A stretch of DNA of 64,000 nucleotides from a bacterium (GTDB taxonomy: Bacteria; UBA8248): NCBI GenBank assembly GCA_965200245.1, contig CBDATS010000002.1:54552-118551 (forward strand), written 5' to 3'. The notes under the pieces were generated by a model. That model ran no database searches. It was not told the DNA's origin and was given only the letters and a program-made list of their open reading frames with translations. Numbering within the stretch: the first letter of the stretch is position 1; every line of letters begins with the position of its first letter. The position numbers were made by a program, and so were the translations under genes. Below, piece after piece: positions 9,531 through 18,907 of the stretch.

Positions 9531-10619
9531 TCACACCGCCTCCGGCAAAAGCGGCAACAGGTATTTCCCGAAATTCCTGGCCTCGGCGTCATGCGGCCAG
9601 CCGGAAAGGATGAACGTGGTCGCGCCCACGTCGATGTATTCGCGTATGGCGTCAGCCACCACCTCGGGGCTGCCGACAAGCATGGTACCCGCCCCCTGAC
9701 GCACGAGATTGATGCCTGAAAAAAGTGCGGGACCGTGCCAGAGTTTCCCCTCCGCCGTCATTGCGTTCATGCGCTGCTGGGAGACGGACTCCACCTTTCC
9801 GGCCACTTGGCCAGTGACCGAAGAACTCTCCCCGTAGGACGCCGTGCCCGCGATGATGTCCTCGGCTTCTTCCTTGGCCTGCGCGTCGTCCTCACGCACG
9901 AGGATATGAAAACGCACGCCGAGCTTGAGATCGCGGCCATGCTCCTCGCGCGCCATCTGTTGTACTTCCGCAAATTCTTCGGCGATCTGCCAGGGGGGTT
10001 CACCCCATTTGAGGAAAACGTCGGCGTGCTTGGCAATGACCTTTTTCGCCGCAGGCGAGCTTCCGCCGAAATAAAGGGGTGGCCCTCCCGGTCGCGCGGC
10101 ACCAGGAAAGACGAAGCCATCTTCCACCTGATAGTGCTCCCCCTCGTAGTTCACCCGGCCATCATACGCCCAGAAAGCGCGAACGATTTCCAGGAACTCA
10201 TCGGCCCGCTCGTAACGCTCGTCGTGATCCGCCCAGTCCCCGTAGCGGCGCGCGTCCACCGAGGATCCGCCGGGCACAACGTTTACCGTCAGCCTCCCGC
10301 CCGAGATAAAATCAAGTGTGTTCGCCTGCTGCACGGCAAAGGTCGGCGTGGTGAGGCCGGGGCGGATTGCAACACAGAACTTGATGCGCTCGGTTTCTCG
10401 CGCAATCACGGAGGCCAGGAGCCAGCCGTCCGAACACGAGGTATTGCAGGGGATGAGCATGTTCGTGAGGCCGCTTGCCTCGGCCGTCTGCGCGACATGG
10501 ACGAGGTAGTCGATCTCGGGCGGTATCTCCACCTCTCCCGTACCGAGGCGGGTGGCGTCTCCCCGCTGGTTCGAGGGCAGATACCAAGCGTATTCGATGG
10601 GCTGCTTGCCGTTTTTCAT
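9531..10619 (-). CDS. LLM-class flavin-dependent monooxygenase (SsuD-like)
   Basis: 362 aa; luciferase-like monooxygenase pattern (FISGGRLTVNVVPGG, DERYERADEFLEI). Confidence 0.8.
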   Translation of the reverse strand: MKNGKQPIEYAWYLPSNQRGDATRLGTGEVEIPPEIDYLVHVAQTAEASGLTNMLIPCNTSCSDGWLLASVIARETERIKFCVAIRPGLTTPTFAVQQANTLDFISGGRLTVNVVPGGSSVDARRYGDWADHDERYERADEFLEIVRAFWAYDGRVNYEGEHYQVEDGFVFPGAARPGGPPLYFGGSSPAAKKVIAKHADVFLKWGEPPWQIAEEFAEVQQMAREEHGRDLKLGVRFHILVREDDAQAKEEAEDIIAGTASYGESSSVTGQVAGKVESVSQQRMNAMTAEGKLWHGPALFSGINLVRQGAGTMLVGSPEVVADAIREYIDVGATTFILSGWPHDAEARNFGKYLLPLLPEAV

Positions 10620-10690
10620 CTCTCACGCATCCTTTGTTCCGTGTCTCATGAACTCCAAATCAAGCGTTAATTTTCGCGCACAAGTTTGCG

Positions 10691-10730
10691 AAAAAAACCG
10701 TCCCGCCCGCAAGGGGCAGGGCATTTTTAT
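10691..10730. terminator. Bidirectional rho-independent terminator
   Basis: GC-rich stem CCCGCCC/GGGGCAGGG (one bulge) with loop GCAAG, flanked by an A7 run (10691-10697) and a T5 run (10724-10728). Confidence 0.65.
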
Positions 10731-10749
10731 TGGCGTGTCCGGCGTGACG

Positions 10750-10955
10750 CAACGATCCTGACGGGTGCTTAGGCCGATGACTCCCCCCATCGTTGCTCGT
10801 GATGGCGATGACCGAAGAGCGCGGCGTGGTTTTCTCGCCGCCTGGGAAGTGGCTGTCGCCTTCCCTCCAGCCGGTGTGCTGGATACCCACGAAGAGTGTC
10901 CTGCCGTCGGCCCTCCACCCGAAGAAATGACGCCGGGCTACATCCGCATTCTGGC
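10750..10955 (-). pseudogene. C-terminal relic of a PhoX/DUF839-like phosphatase
   Basis: The minus frame reads FFGWRADGRTLFVGIQHTGWREGDSHFPGGEKTTPRSSVIAITSNDGG, matching the conserved PhoX C-terminus. It is bounded upstream by TAA (10956-10958) and has no N-terminal body. Confidence 0.5.
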
Positions 10956-11243
10956 TTTAGAATCCGGGGAGTCTCCTAAAACTGATGAGATAAAGATTCG
11001 CGGAACAACCCAGAAAAAAGATGGAAGATAAAAGATACAGGCAAAACAACTTGTGCAGGGCATTTCCGGATTCCGGCGTTTTCTCTTTTCAGAGGGATTC
11101 GATGCAAGTTGACGAACCAAGACCATATTTAACCGCCGTCAAATACCTCCCCCGCTTCTCAAGAGTGTGCACAGGCTGTAGATTGAAGCTCGCCGGATTA
11201 CGGCGCGAGATGTCCCTGGGAACCCGACTGCCCCGAGAACCGG

Positions 11244-12128
11244 ATGAATCCCCAACTCATCGCCGCATCCTACGCCATGTCCACCGCCGTGGTCTTCGCC
11301 ACTTTCAGCGTGTTCATCCGCAAGGGTAGCGACCACGCAAACGCGCTCACGGGCGTATTCATCGGCCTGGTCACCTCACTGCCGGTCATGCTCGCCGTAA
11401 CCTGGTATTACTGGCAGCCCGAATGGTGGAACCCGCAAGCGTTTTTCTTCTTCTCGCTGGCAGGCCTCACCGGGCCAGCGATGTCGCGTGTGTTTCTCTA
11501 CTTGAGCATCTCCTACCTGGGCGTCGCGCGCGCGATGCCGTTCGTCTCGCTGACACCCCTGTTCTCCACCTCGCTCGCCATCGCCTTTCTGGGCGAGCGG
11601 CCAGGTGCGCTTATCCTCTCGGGTACACTCTTCATTGTGCTGGGCAGCGCCGCGCTCAGCTACAAGAAACCGGAAGACACCTCGTGGAAGAGAAAACACC
11701 TCCTGCTGGCTTTCTGTAGCGCCGTCACCGCCGCGTTTTCGTTCCTTTTCCGAAAATTCGCCTTCGCCCACGTCGATGCCCCCATCATGGGCGCCACCCT
11801 CACGACTCTAGCGGGATTCATCTTCCTCATCACCTTCATCCCGCTCTTCCCGAAAGACCAGAAACCGAACCAGTTCGACCGCCCGAAGGCGTGGCTCATC
11901 TTCGGGCTGTGCGGACTGTTGAACGCGGTCGGCTTTTTTCTGCACTTCACCGCCTTGAACATCGGCGATCTCTCCATCGTCTCACCGCTCACCTCGACGG
12001 CTCCTGTCTTCAGCCTGATCATGAGCTATTTCCTGCTCAGGAGCGTGGAACGCATCACGCCCGCCATCATCTTCGGCACGGCGTGCATGGTTATCGGCGC
12101 CGCGCTCATCGGCTGGCGTCTTCGTTGA
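11244..12128 (+). CDS. EamA/DMT-family transporter
   Basis: 294 aa; two EamA-like halves, about 10 TM segments. Confidence 0.8.
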   Translation: MNPQLIAASYAMSTAVVFATFSVFIRKGSDHANALTGVFIGLVTSLPVMLAVTWYYWQPEWWNPQAFFFFSLAGLTGPAMSRVFLYLSISYLGVARAMPFVSLTPLFSTSLAIAFLGERPGALILSGTLFIVLGSAALSYKKPEDTSWKRKHLLLAFCSAVTAAFSFLFRKFAFAHVDAPIMGATLTTLAGFIFLITFIPLFPKDQKPNQFDRPKAWLIFGLCGLLNAVGFFLHFTALNIGDLSIVSPLTSTAPVFSLIMSYFLLRSVERITPAIIFGTACMVIGAALIGWRLR

Positions 12129-12190
12129 GAGCACTGGATGTCGGTAAACCGTAAGGACAGGAACGGAGAACAGTCCGATGCTCGTTATAG

Positions 12191-12965
12191 ACCGTCATAG
12201 ATAATCAACGGCAATATGGCTCTATTGAATATTTTGCATCCTGCTCCGGGTACAGGGCAAGACTGGCGGAGAAGGTTACCGCCACTCTGGAGATAGAGCA
12301 TGCGCGGGTTGCACTTGCGCTGTTTCAGGGAGAGCGCGGCTCGGTCACAGAGTCTTTCGCTATGGAAGGAAAGGCTCTGCATCACGGCAATCAGGTATTG
12401 GAAAGAGTGATTCGTGGTTATGACTCCGAGAGACGGTTCCATCAATCGCATCATACCCCGGCGAATGTCTGGCAGGCGATGGACACGATTTTTCAGGAGC
12501 CGGAAACCAGTCGGTTGGCGAAGTTTCGCATTGCCGAATACCTGATTCCAGATGCACTGATCAAAAGCACGGACCGTCACCACGAGAACTGGGGGATACT
12601 GCTCGAGCATGTCGATGGTCACTGAAAAAGGCTTGTCGCCCCATCGTTTGACCATGCCGCACCGTTGGGACGGGAACTGCTGGATTCGCGTCGCGAGAGG
12701 CTCTTGACAGGGAATCGCGTCGGGGACTACGTCGAGAGAGGGCGGGGTGCAATTTACCGGTCAAAAGACGAGAGGCAAGCACCAGGCCCGCTGCATCTGG
12801 TGCGACGGATTGTAAGGCCAACAACGCCTAGAAGACCATGCCGAAGCTGTCGCCGCCTTTTGGCAACGATCAAAAGACGATGAATGGCTCGATTAGAGCA
12901 ACGCGGCAGCACAAACCGAAGAAGTCATCAGCCCCGCATTTCGAATGATGCGCGCAGCGGTCAAA
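12191..12965 (+). pseudogene. HipA-like Ser/Thr kinase toxin, 5'-truncated and frameshifted
   Basis: Catalytic-loop-like ALIKSTDRHHENWGIL in one frame, then LVAPSFDHAAPLGREL in another frame, then a third shift; no N-terminus. Confidence 0.6.
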
Positions 12966-13107
12966 TCAGTAACCCACACCCCTACATCGGAGCAGATAAG
13001 ACAGATACAGAATATTCCAAACAAGACGCGCAAAGACATTCGGTCGCTGAAATCGCTTAAGGAAAATCAACATTGCAAATGTCCGACGTAACGAAAGGGG
13101 CGAAACA

Positions 13108-14229
13108 ATGCAAAGCAGGAAAATGCGAAAACGAGCTTTTATTGTCGCAGCGGGGGTAATCTTTTCCATTGCTGCTGGGATCGGTGTTTCAGCGCTATTC
13201 CCGCGCTTTATGACTGGCCTGCTTTTCGGCGTAAATACTGCCCCCGTAAAGCTTTCTGTCAGCGACACACACAGCCCCCGTGAGACTGACGAGAAGACAA
13301 TCGCGATAGTAACCGCTGCCGATTCTTTCCTGTCCTCCTTGAGTACAGAACAAAAACAGGCCGCGACCTATGCATTTTCCGACAATAGGCAACGCTCGAA
13401 TTGGTCTAACTTCCCCGAAGGCATGATCCCCCGTGGCGGCTTAAAAATGGCCGCCCTTTCCGAAACCCAACAAACGAAGCTTGACAGTCTTCTTGCTGAA
13501 ATCATGAGTGCCAAAGGCATTCAAAACTTAAAATTTCAACTTGCCGCCGAAGAAACATTCCCAAAGGGCTCATTCAACAAGTACGGGGTCGAGTACTTCT
13601 ACGTTGCATTTTTGGGCGAACCCTCAACGACAAAACCCTAGATGTTCCAATTTGGTGGCCACCATCTAGCCATCAATGTAACGATCTACGGCGCAGGCGT
13701 AACATTTTCACCGATGCTCACTGGTGGCCATCCCCTCCATATTCAATACAACGGAAAGCAGATTTTCATAACCGAAGAAGAAACAGCAGCAGCCCAAGCC
13801 CTTCTCGACAGTCTCAACGACGAACAAAAAAAGATTGCTATCCGGAGTGAGCAAGCTATCGACCTTTTACTCGGGCCGGGTCAGTACGGCACTGTCGTGG
13901 CACCGGAAGGCATCAAGGGCAGCGACCTCACCGAGAGTCAAAAACAATCGCTCATAGCACTAATCAAAACGCGGTTAGACTTTATCAATGACAATGACCA
14001 TGCAGCAGCAATGGCCACTGTCATTGATGAGCTTGACGACACCTATTTCGGTTGGTGGGGGCCACAAGGAAAATTAGGATTTGCCTATTTTCGCATCACT
14101 GGCCCATCTCTAGTGATCGAATACGCGCCGCAAAATGACGCTGGCGACAGCGTTACGGATCACGCACACAGCATGTACCGCAACCCGGAAAACGACTATG
14201 GCTCTGCATGGATAGGGCAAAACAAATGA
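13108..14229 (+). pseudogene. DUF3500-family secreted protein with an in-frame TAG (13639-13641)
   Basis: ORFs 13108-13641 and 13642-14229 are contiguous in one frame. The junction reads STTKP-TAG-MFQFGGHHLAINV, where the family normally has W before the GHH motif. Confidence 0.75.
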
Positions 14230-14445
14230 AAAATGGTCTTCTAACCCTTGCCTGTGTACTTTGCTTTGTCAGTAAAATTCAAGCACACCCACATGGATGA
14301 CGGCCTCGTATCGAAGGAAGAAGCCGCTAATTTTGGCTCTGACGTAATCTCAAAACCCAAGTTCCAACTTAATGGCGACGAAATATCGCTAAACAACATC
14401 TATAAGCCCTTAATGAACCGCTCCTAAACACCAAAAACACAGCGT

Positions 14446-14638
14446 TCACAGCACGGCGATCATATGGAAATTAACTTCTCCCCATAGACAATAGGGTATT
14501 CAAGCCATTCGTCTGAGTCCTGCCGGCCGATTACTGCCAAGATCTGTCAGATTGGACAACACCCCACTACTCAAGGCCCTAAAACCAAATACGCTATAGG
14601 TCAGCTGCGACGCTCGGGGAAAGCCTATAATTTGCCAT
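14446..14638 (-). pseudogene. ParE-family toxin relic
   Basis: Reads MANYRLSPSVAADL*RIWF*GLE*WGVVQSDRSWQ*, with three TAG and one TAA at positions where ParE homologues have sense residues, followed by frameshifts; overlaps the parD 3' end. Confidence 0.65.
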
Positions 14639-14882
14639 CTTGACGGGCCTTCTCTTTGAAGCCGTCAAGTATCTGCTCAGGCGTTTTTGTGATCCATCCA
14701 TGCTCTACAACCGACTGCTCGGCAGCAATCAATCGTTCGCGAATAACCTCGATTTCACGAGCGTGGCGAATCAGGTCGTTGACCACCTCGCTACGGCTGG
14801 CAAATTCGCCGCTCTCGATCTGGCCCTGAATCCATTTCTCATTGGGTGTCGAAATCGACAAACTTGCACGTATCCCTGCCAT
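14625..14882 (-). CDS. parD: ParD-family (RHH) antitoxin
   Basis: 85 aa; SISTPNEKWIQGQIESGEFASRSEVVNDLIR matches the ParD/CopG ribbon-helix-helix; strong GGAGGAGGGAGGAGGA RBS. Confidence 0.85.
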   Translation of the reverse strand: MAGIRASLSISTPNEKWIQGQIESGEFASRSEVVNDLIRHAREIEVIRERLIAAEQSVVEHGWITKTPEQILDGFKEKARQDGKL

Positions 14883-14916
14883 TGCTTTTGTCCTCCTCCC
14901 TCCTCCGATAGGCGTG

Positions 14917-14942
14917 AATATGATGTAATTTTACATCATATT
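14917..14942. promoter_or_regulatory. 26-bp perfect palindrome, probable ParD operator
   Basis: AATATGATGTAATTTTACATCATATT lies 35 nt upstream of the parD start. Confidence 0.6.
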
Positions 14943-15225
14943 GCCCTTCTTGTCCATGCCCCTAGAATACCCGCCGGAGGCGTGGGCTTCTGCGTCAGTG
15001 ACATTCCCTCGGAGCCGACATTTTTAGAATGACAAAACGCGCGCAACGGCAGTCACCCCGAAGGGGTCGCAACGGAGTGTAGCGGAGTGAAGAACCGCGG
15101 AGCGGTTGACAGAGTGAGCACGTTTGTATGTTTTCGGTCGGATCAAAGGGAGCTTGCGACCGTTTTTAAGGCACTGTATCTGCCTTTGTCAATTCGGCGC
15201 CCGAAACATGGAATATCTCGCCTCA

Positions 15226-15870
15226 CTAAAGGCCACTAATGAAGCACCGGAGTTCCCGGAAAGCTGGCGCGTCGAAATCCCATACGCCCCTAAGCGCACC
15301 TTCTCCCACCCTAGCCAGCGGATCTTGCGTAGAAGCCAAATAGGCGTGCGCGAAGCTTTTATCGATATTGTCCGACTCCATGGCTTTGTGATCTTTGAGA
15401 CATTCCAGATACTGCTCGACGCACTGAGCCGCGTCTGTATCCGCCACGGATCGCCGGCACAGTGTCTCCAATGCACCATGTGCGGATCCGTCCGGCATGA
15501 TGAACACTCCAACCGGCGGTGTTCCATTCGAGAAAGTTCCGTGGGACTCTGGCGCTACGTACCCGGTATTATGAAGCTGAGTGCAGACGCTTCGAAAGGC
15601 GTTTTCTGGGTGGTGACCCCCGTCCCGAACGACTCCGAAGGATCGGAAGCTCGGACGAATTCGGAGCAGTTCCTGTATAGCTTTCAGACGCTTGGGGAAT
15701 TGATACTTTCCCCCCGCCTCAATCACCTGGATACCTGCATTTTTGCCAAGACAATGCCGGATCAACTCACAGAACAAGTTCACCTCGTCCCGACCCTCGA
15801 CCAACAGGAGCCGGTCGCAATGGATGCTCAGCCTCTTCCCCCGAGGATCAGCGGGTTGTCTCTGTGGCAC
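15226..15870 (-). CDS. TOPRIM-like protein (DUF3226/DUF4435/DUF4276-like)
   Basis: 214 aa; N-terminal LLLVEGRDEVNLF acidic motif; its GTG start overlaps the upstream ATPase TAG by 1 nt. Confidence 0.6.
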   Translation of the reverse strand: MPQRQPADPRGKRLSIHCDRLLLVEGRDEVNLFCELIRHCLGKNAGIQVIEAGGKYQFPKRLKAIQELLRIRPSFRSFGVVRDGGHHPENAFRSVCTQLHNTGYVAPESHGTFSNGTPPVGVFIMPDGSAHGALETLCRRSVADTDAAQCVEQYLECLKDHKAMESDNIDKSFAHAYLASTQDPLARVGEGALRGVWDFDAPAFRELRCFISGL

Positions 15871-16980
15871 TACCGGACTTCCAGGTTCAGGTCACGGGCC
15901 CCTATGAGCGTTTCTCCGGTAAACGTTGCGGCTTCCTTGTGTCCTGTATTCCCGTTACAAAAGAGGTGGTGAATAGAGAGATCCTCAGGCGCATCCTTAA
16001 AGGCGTCTATCGCCGCGTCGATAAACTCTCCGCTATGCGTCGTTGCCATAAACTGCGTGTTCCATTGGTCCATCCACTCTCGAGCCCGGTCCCATATTTC
16101 TCGTTGTGCGGAATGATGGATTCCGTTTTCCATCTCATCAACCAGCAAAATACCGTCCCGGGAGGCGGAAAAGCTGAGTAGCAACCGAACCAGCCTGACG
16201 GCACCATCCCCAAGATCGTGAACCGGTAGCCGCCTCCCGTTCTCCATCACCACCGACAGATAAGGCTCTCTGGTGTCGTTGGTCAGAATCTCCGCATCCG
16301 CGATTTTCTGCGCAAGCAGGTTGACGGCGACCTGCAATTCTTTCTTGCGGCCCTCTCTAACCAGATTGGAGTATTGATGTAGGTATTCGGCAGGGGTCTC
16401 AAGTTGAAACTTGGTGCTTTGGATAATACAAGCAGGCCGTCCAACGGGCTTTTTCTCCGACAGAAGCACCGTGCCTTGGGGTGTTATCTGGAAAGTGTCG
16501 GTGCCCTTCACGATTTCGTCGTCAATGTAGGTATGGATACGTCCCCGCACGGGCGACAGGTTTGCCAGACTCTCTTGTGAAGCTCCACTAGTCCCTAGGT
16601 TTGGTGGTGGAGGTGGTGGGGGGTGGTGGCTCTACCGTTTGCATAGCACCGCCGGCCCCCGGGCTTGGCGAGACGCTCTCAAACTTCTGGAAGACCCATT
16701 TCAATTTGTGATGAGTTCCGTCCTCCTGACCGTGAAGTTCCAATTCGCGGTCAGTCAGTCTGGAAATGGGATCGAGAGTGGGCATGGGAGGACGTTGGAC
16801 TTTCAAATTCCACAGTATGCTGGGATTGAATCGGCCCGTAAACAGCCATATTGCCTCGATCAAAGCTGTCTTGCCGACCCCATTTGCACCGGTAATCAGA
16901 TTGGCCTTAGACAGATGACGCAAAGAGAGGCCGTCGATACCGCGGAAGCGAACGGCGTTGAAACTATTCAATTGAACCAT
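15870..16980 (-). pseudogene. AAA_21/ABC-type ATPase, split by a frameshift in a C6 run (plus-strand G6 at 16618-16623)
   Basis: Walker A GANGVGKT lies in ORF 16588-16980; Walker B ILLVDEMENGIHH and a THS motif lie in ORF 15870-16550. Deleting one C fuses them through a P9 tract. Confidence 0.75.
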
Positions 16981-17961
16981 TGCATTTCTCCGTCAACCCC
17001 ACCATCTAGCCGAGCGACTCCGGCAGGGCTATACAGTTTAATGGTAGTGTTCGGAACACATGTCCGTCAAGGTGAATGACCAAGCGGCCAGTTTGCTGGT
17101 CCACCGAACCGCGCTTTGGTGAACCAACGTGGAACGTCCCAAGATAACCTGCCCGCACGAATGCATATACTTTGTCATCTCATTGGTGATGCCATAAAAC
17201 GCCCGCTCCGGGGACCTGTCGCTGTTGCGTGTTCGCCACCCCCGCGCGGCGCAAACCGGAAAACGCAGGCTCACTTCCACAACTCTCGGCGGGATGCAAG
17301 CACCGATGATCCATCGTCTCAGGCGGGCAGATGCGTGTCAAATATGGATTGACGGCCAAAAAATATGCGAAAACAGCGGCCGAAAATAGCCAATTTCATA
17401 TCGGGTTTCTGCTCAATTTCCAACACCTAAGTTCGACGTTTTCCCGCTCAAAAAAACGGGGCATTCTGAATACGGGTTGATCATATGATGAAAGGCGGCG
17501 ATTCGGGGTCGCCGCCCACGAGAACACAGGGATATCCGTACTTCCCCCGCGGCGAATCATATCCTCCGGCCATCCCCAGCGGGCGATCCCAAGGGCGAAC
17601 TCCGGCTCAAACGCTCCTCGCCGGCGGCTCTGACCTCGACCCCAGGGATGGACATGGCGGGCACGCCACGCTCCACGTACTACTGTAGGCAGGTTCTGTT
17701 GCGGCTGATGGCAATGTATATGGCCACGAGGGCAAGCTCATGTCGCCAGGGGAATCCTTGAACCTCGACTTGCGCGGCTTACAACTGAGCGTCTCTTTTT
17801 TGTTTTCATCCGTGTGGTTTCCTTTCAATTTTATCAAATCCCCGCGCAGCAGGCAGTAGACGGAAACACGTATGGAACCAAGCCACAGGAGATCCCCTAC
17901 CAAAACTCGTTGTCTGTGGTATGTTTTATGAGACAGCTTCCAGACAGACAGAGGAGTAAAT

Positions 17962-18378
17962 ATGCTGGGAGGCAATAATCATGCACACTGCGGTAATCTG
18001 GGTATGCAGTTACAGGAAATGCAACGGAAAGGCCTTGTAAAGGAAACCAGACTGACAGGATATTCCTGCCAGCATTGCTCCTCGAAAAATCCAAAAATAT
18101 ATGTCGCTACAGAAGATTACAATGGCTTCTTTAGCAGAAGCAGTTTATATGGGATGAGTCTCACAACTGGCATATTCTTCATCATATTCATGGGGTTTAT
18201 GCCGTCAATCAAGGGAAACGGAGACATAGGTGCAGAGAATATTTTCGGCTTCATGTTTTTCTCGATAGGAATCTCATTGTTGTGGAAAATGAGATGCGGA
18301 GTTCGCAGGGGAGACAGGGCTTGTATCGAGAGAGACGGGTGCCTTAGTGAAGATTTCGACAGACTTCCGGACGGATGA
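17962..18378 (+). CDS. Hypothetical zinc-ribbon membrane protein
   Basis: 138 aa; HCGN...CQHC pair followed by two hydrophobic segments; GAGGAG RBS; AT-rich context. Confidence 0.5.
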   Translation: MLGGNNHAHCGNLGMQLQEMQRKGLVKETRLTGYSCQHCSSKNPKIYVATEDYNGFFSRSSLYGMSLTTGIFFIIFMGFMPSIKGNGDIGAENIFGFMFFSIGISLLWKMRCGVRRGDRACIERDGCLSEDFDRLPDG

Positions 18379-18626
18379 GGCCTGCCACGCAAGAAAACCC
18401 GGGACGAACCGCTGTCTCTTCAGACATGGTACATCCACAATCAAATGACGATCCGCACGACCCTTGGGATGAGGTGCGTCGGGACTGCACCGGGGGTCGG
18501 TGGCCGGATTTTCAGACCATGGATCGTCGCTGACCGCAAGCTACGGTGCCAGCACGAACGCCATCATGGCTCCATCCTCCAGTATTGTTGCCCGTTTTTC
18601 CCTTGCCAAAATGAGAGGAAAAAGTC

Positions 18627-18773
18627 ATGACCACGACAATCGCTACACTTCTCAACTTCGGTGCCACACGTGGATTTTTCAGGTCTTCCGTGCCTGGAGA
18701 TGCAAAACGACCAATTACTGCTGGATTGTTTGCAAGTCTCAATCCTAGGCGGTTGGTTATCCGAGTGGGATGA
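18627..18773 (+). CDS. Hypothetical 48-aa ORF
   Basis: GAGAGGAAAAAG RBS 3 nt upstream of the ATG; no recognisable motif. Confidence 0.2.
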   Translation: MTTTIATLLNFGATRGFFRSSVPGDAKRPITAGLFASLNPRRLVIRVG

Positions 18774-18907
18774 TGCCTATTTTAGTCAGATACATTTTTT
18801 CAAACAATTTACACAAATTTCTGCCCGACAAAACAGAAACATGAGGGACTTCGACGACAAAGAGTGCGAACCTTAGCGGCAAGGACCGTCTAATAGTTGC
18901 GCTGGAC

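Noticed and set aside
17607-17975. Possible tyrosine recombinase fragment (LLWLGSIRVSVYCLLRGDLIKLKGNHTDENKK resembling box I)
   Set aside because: The resemblance is loose, no R-H-R-Y residues can be placed, and the surrounding frames are full of stops. This is not supportable without a profile search.
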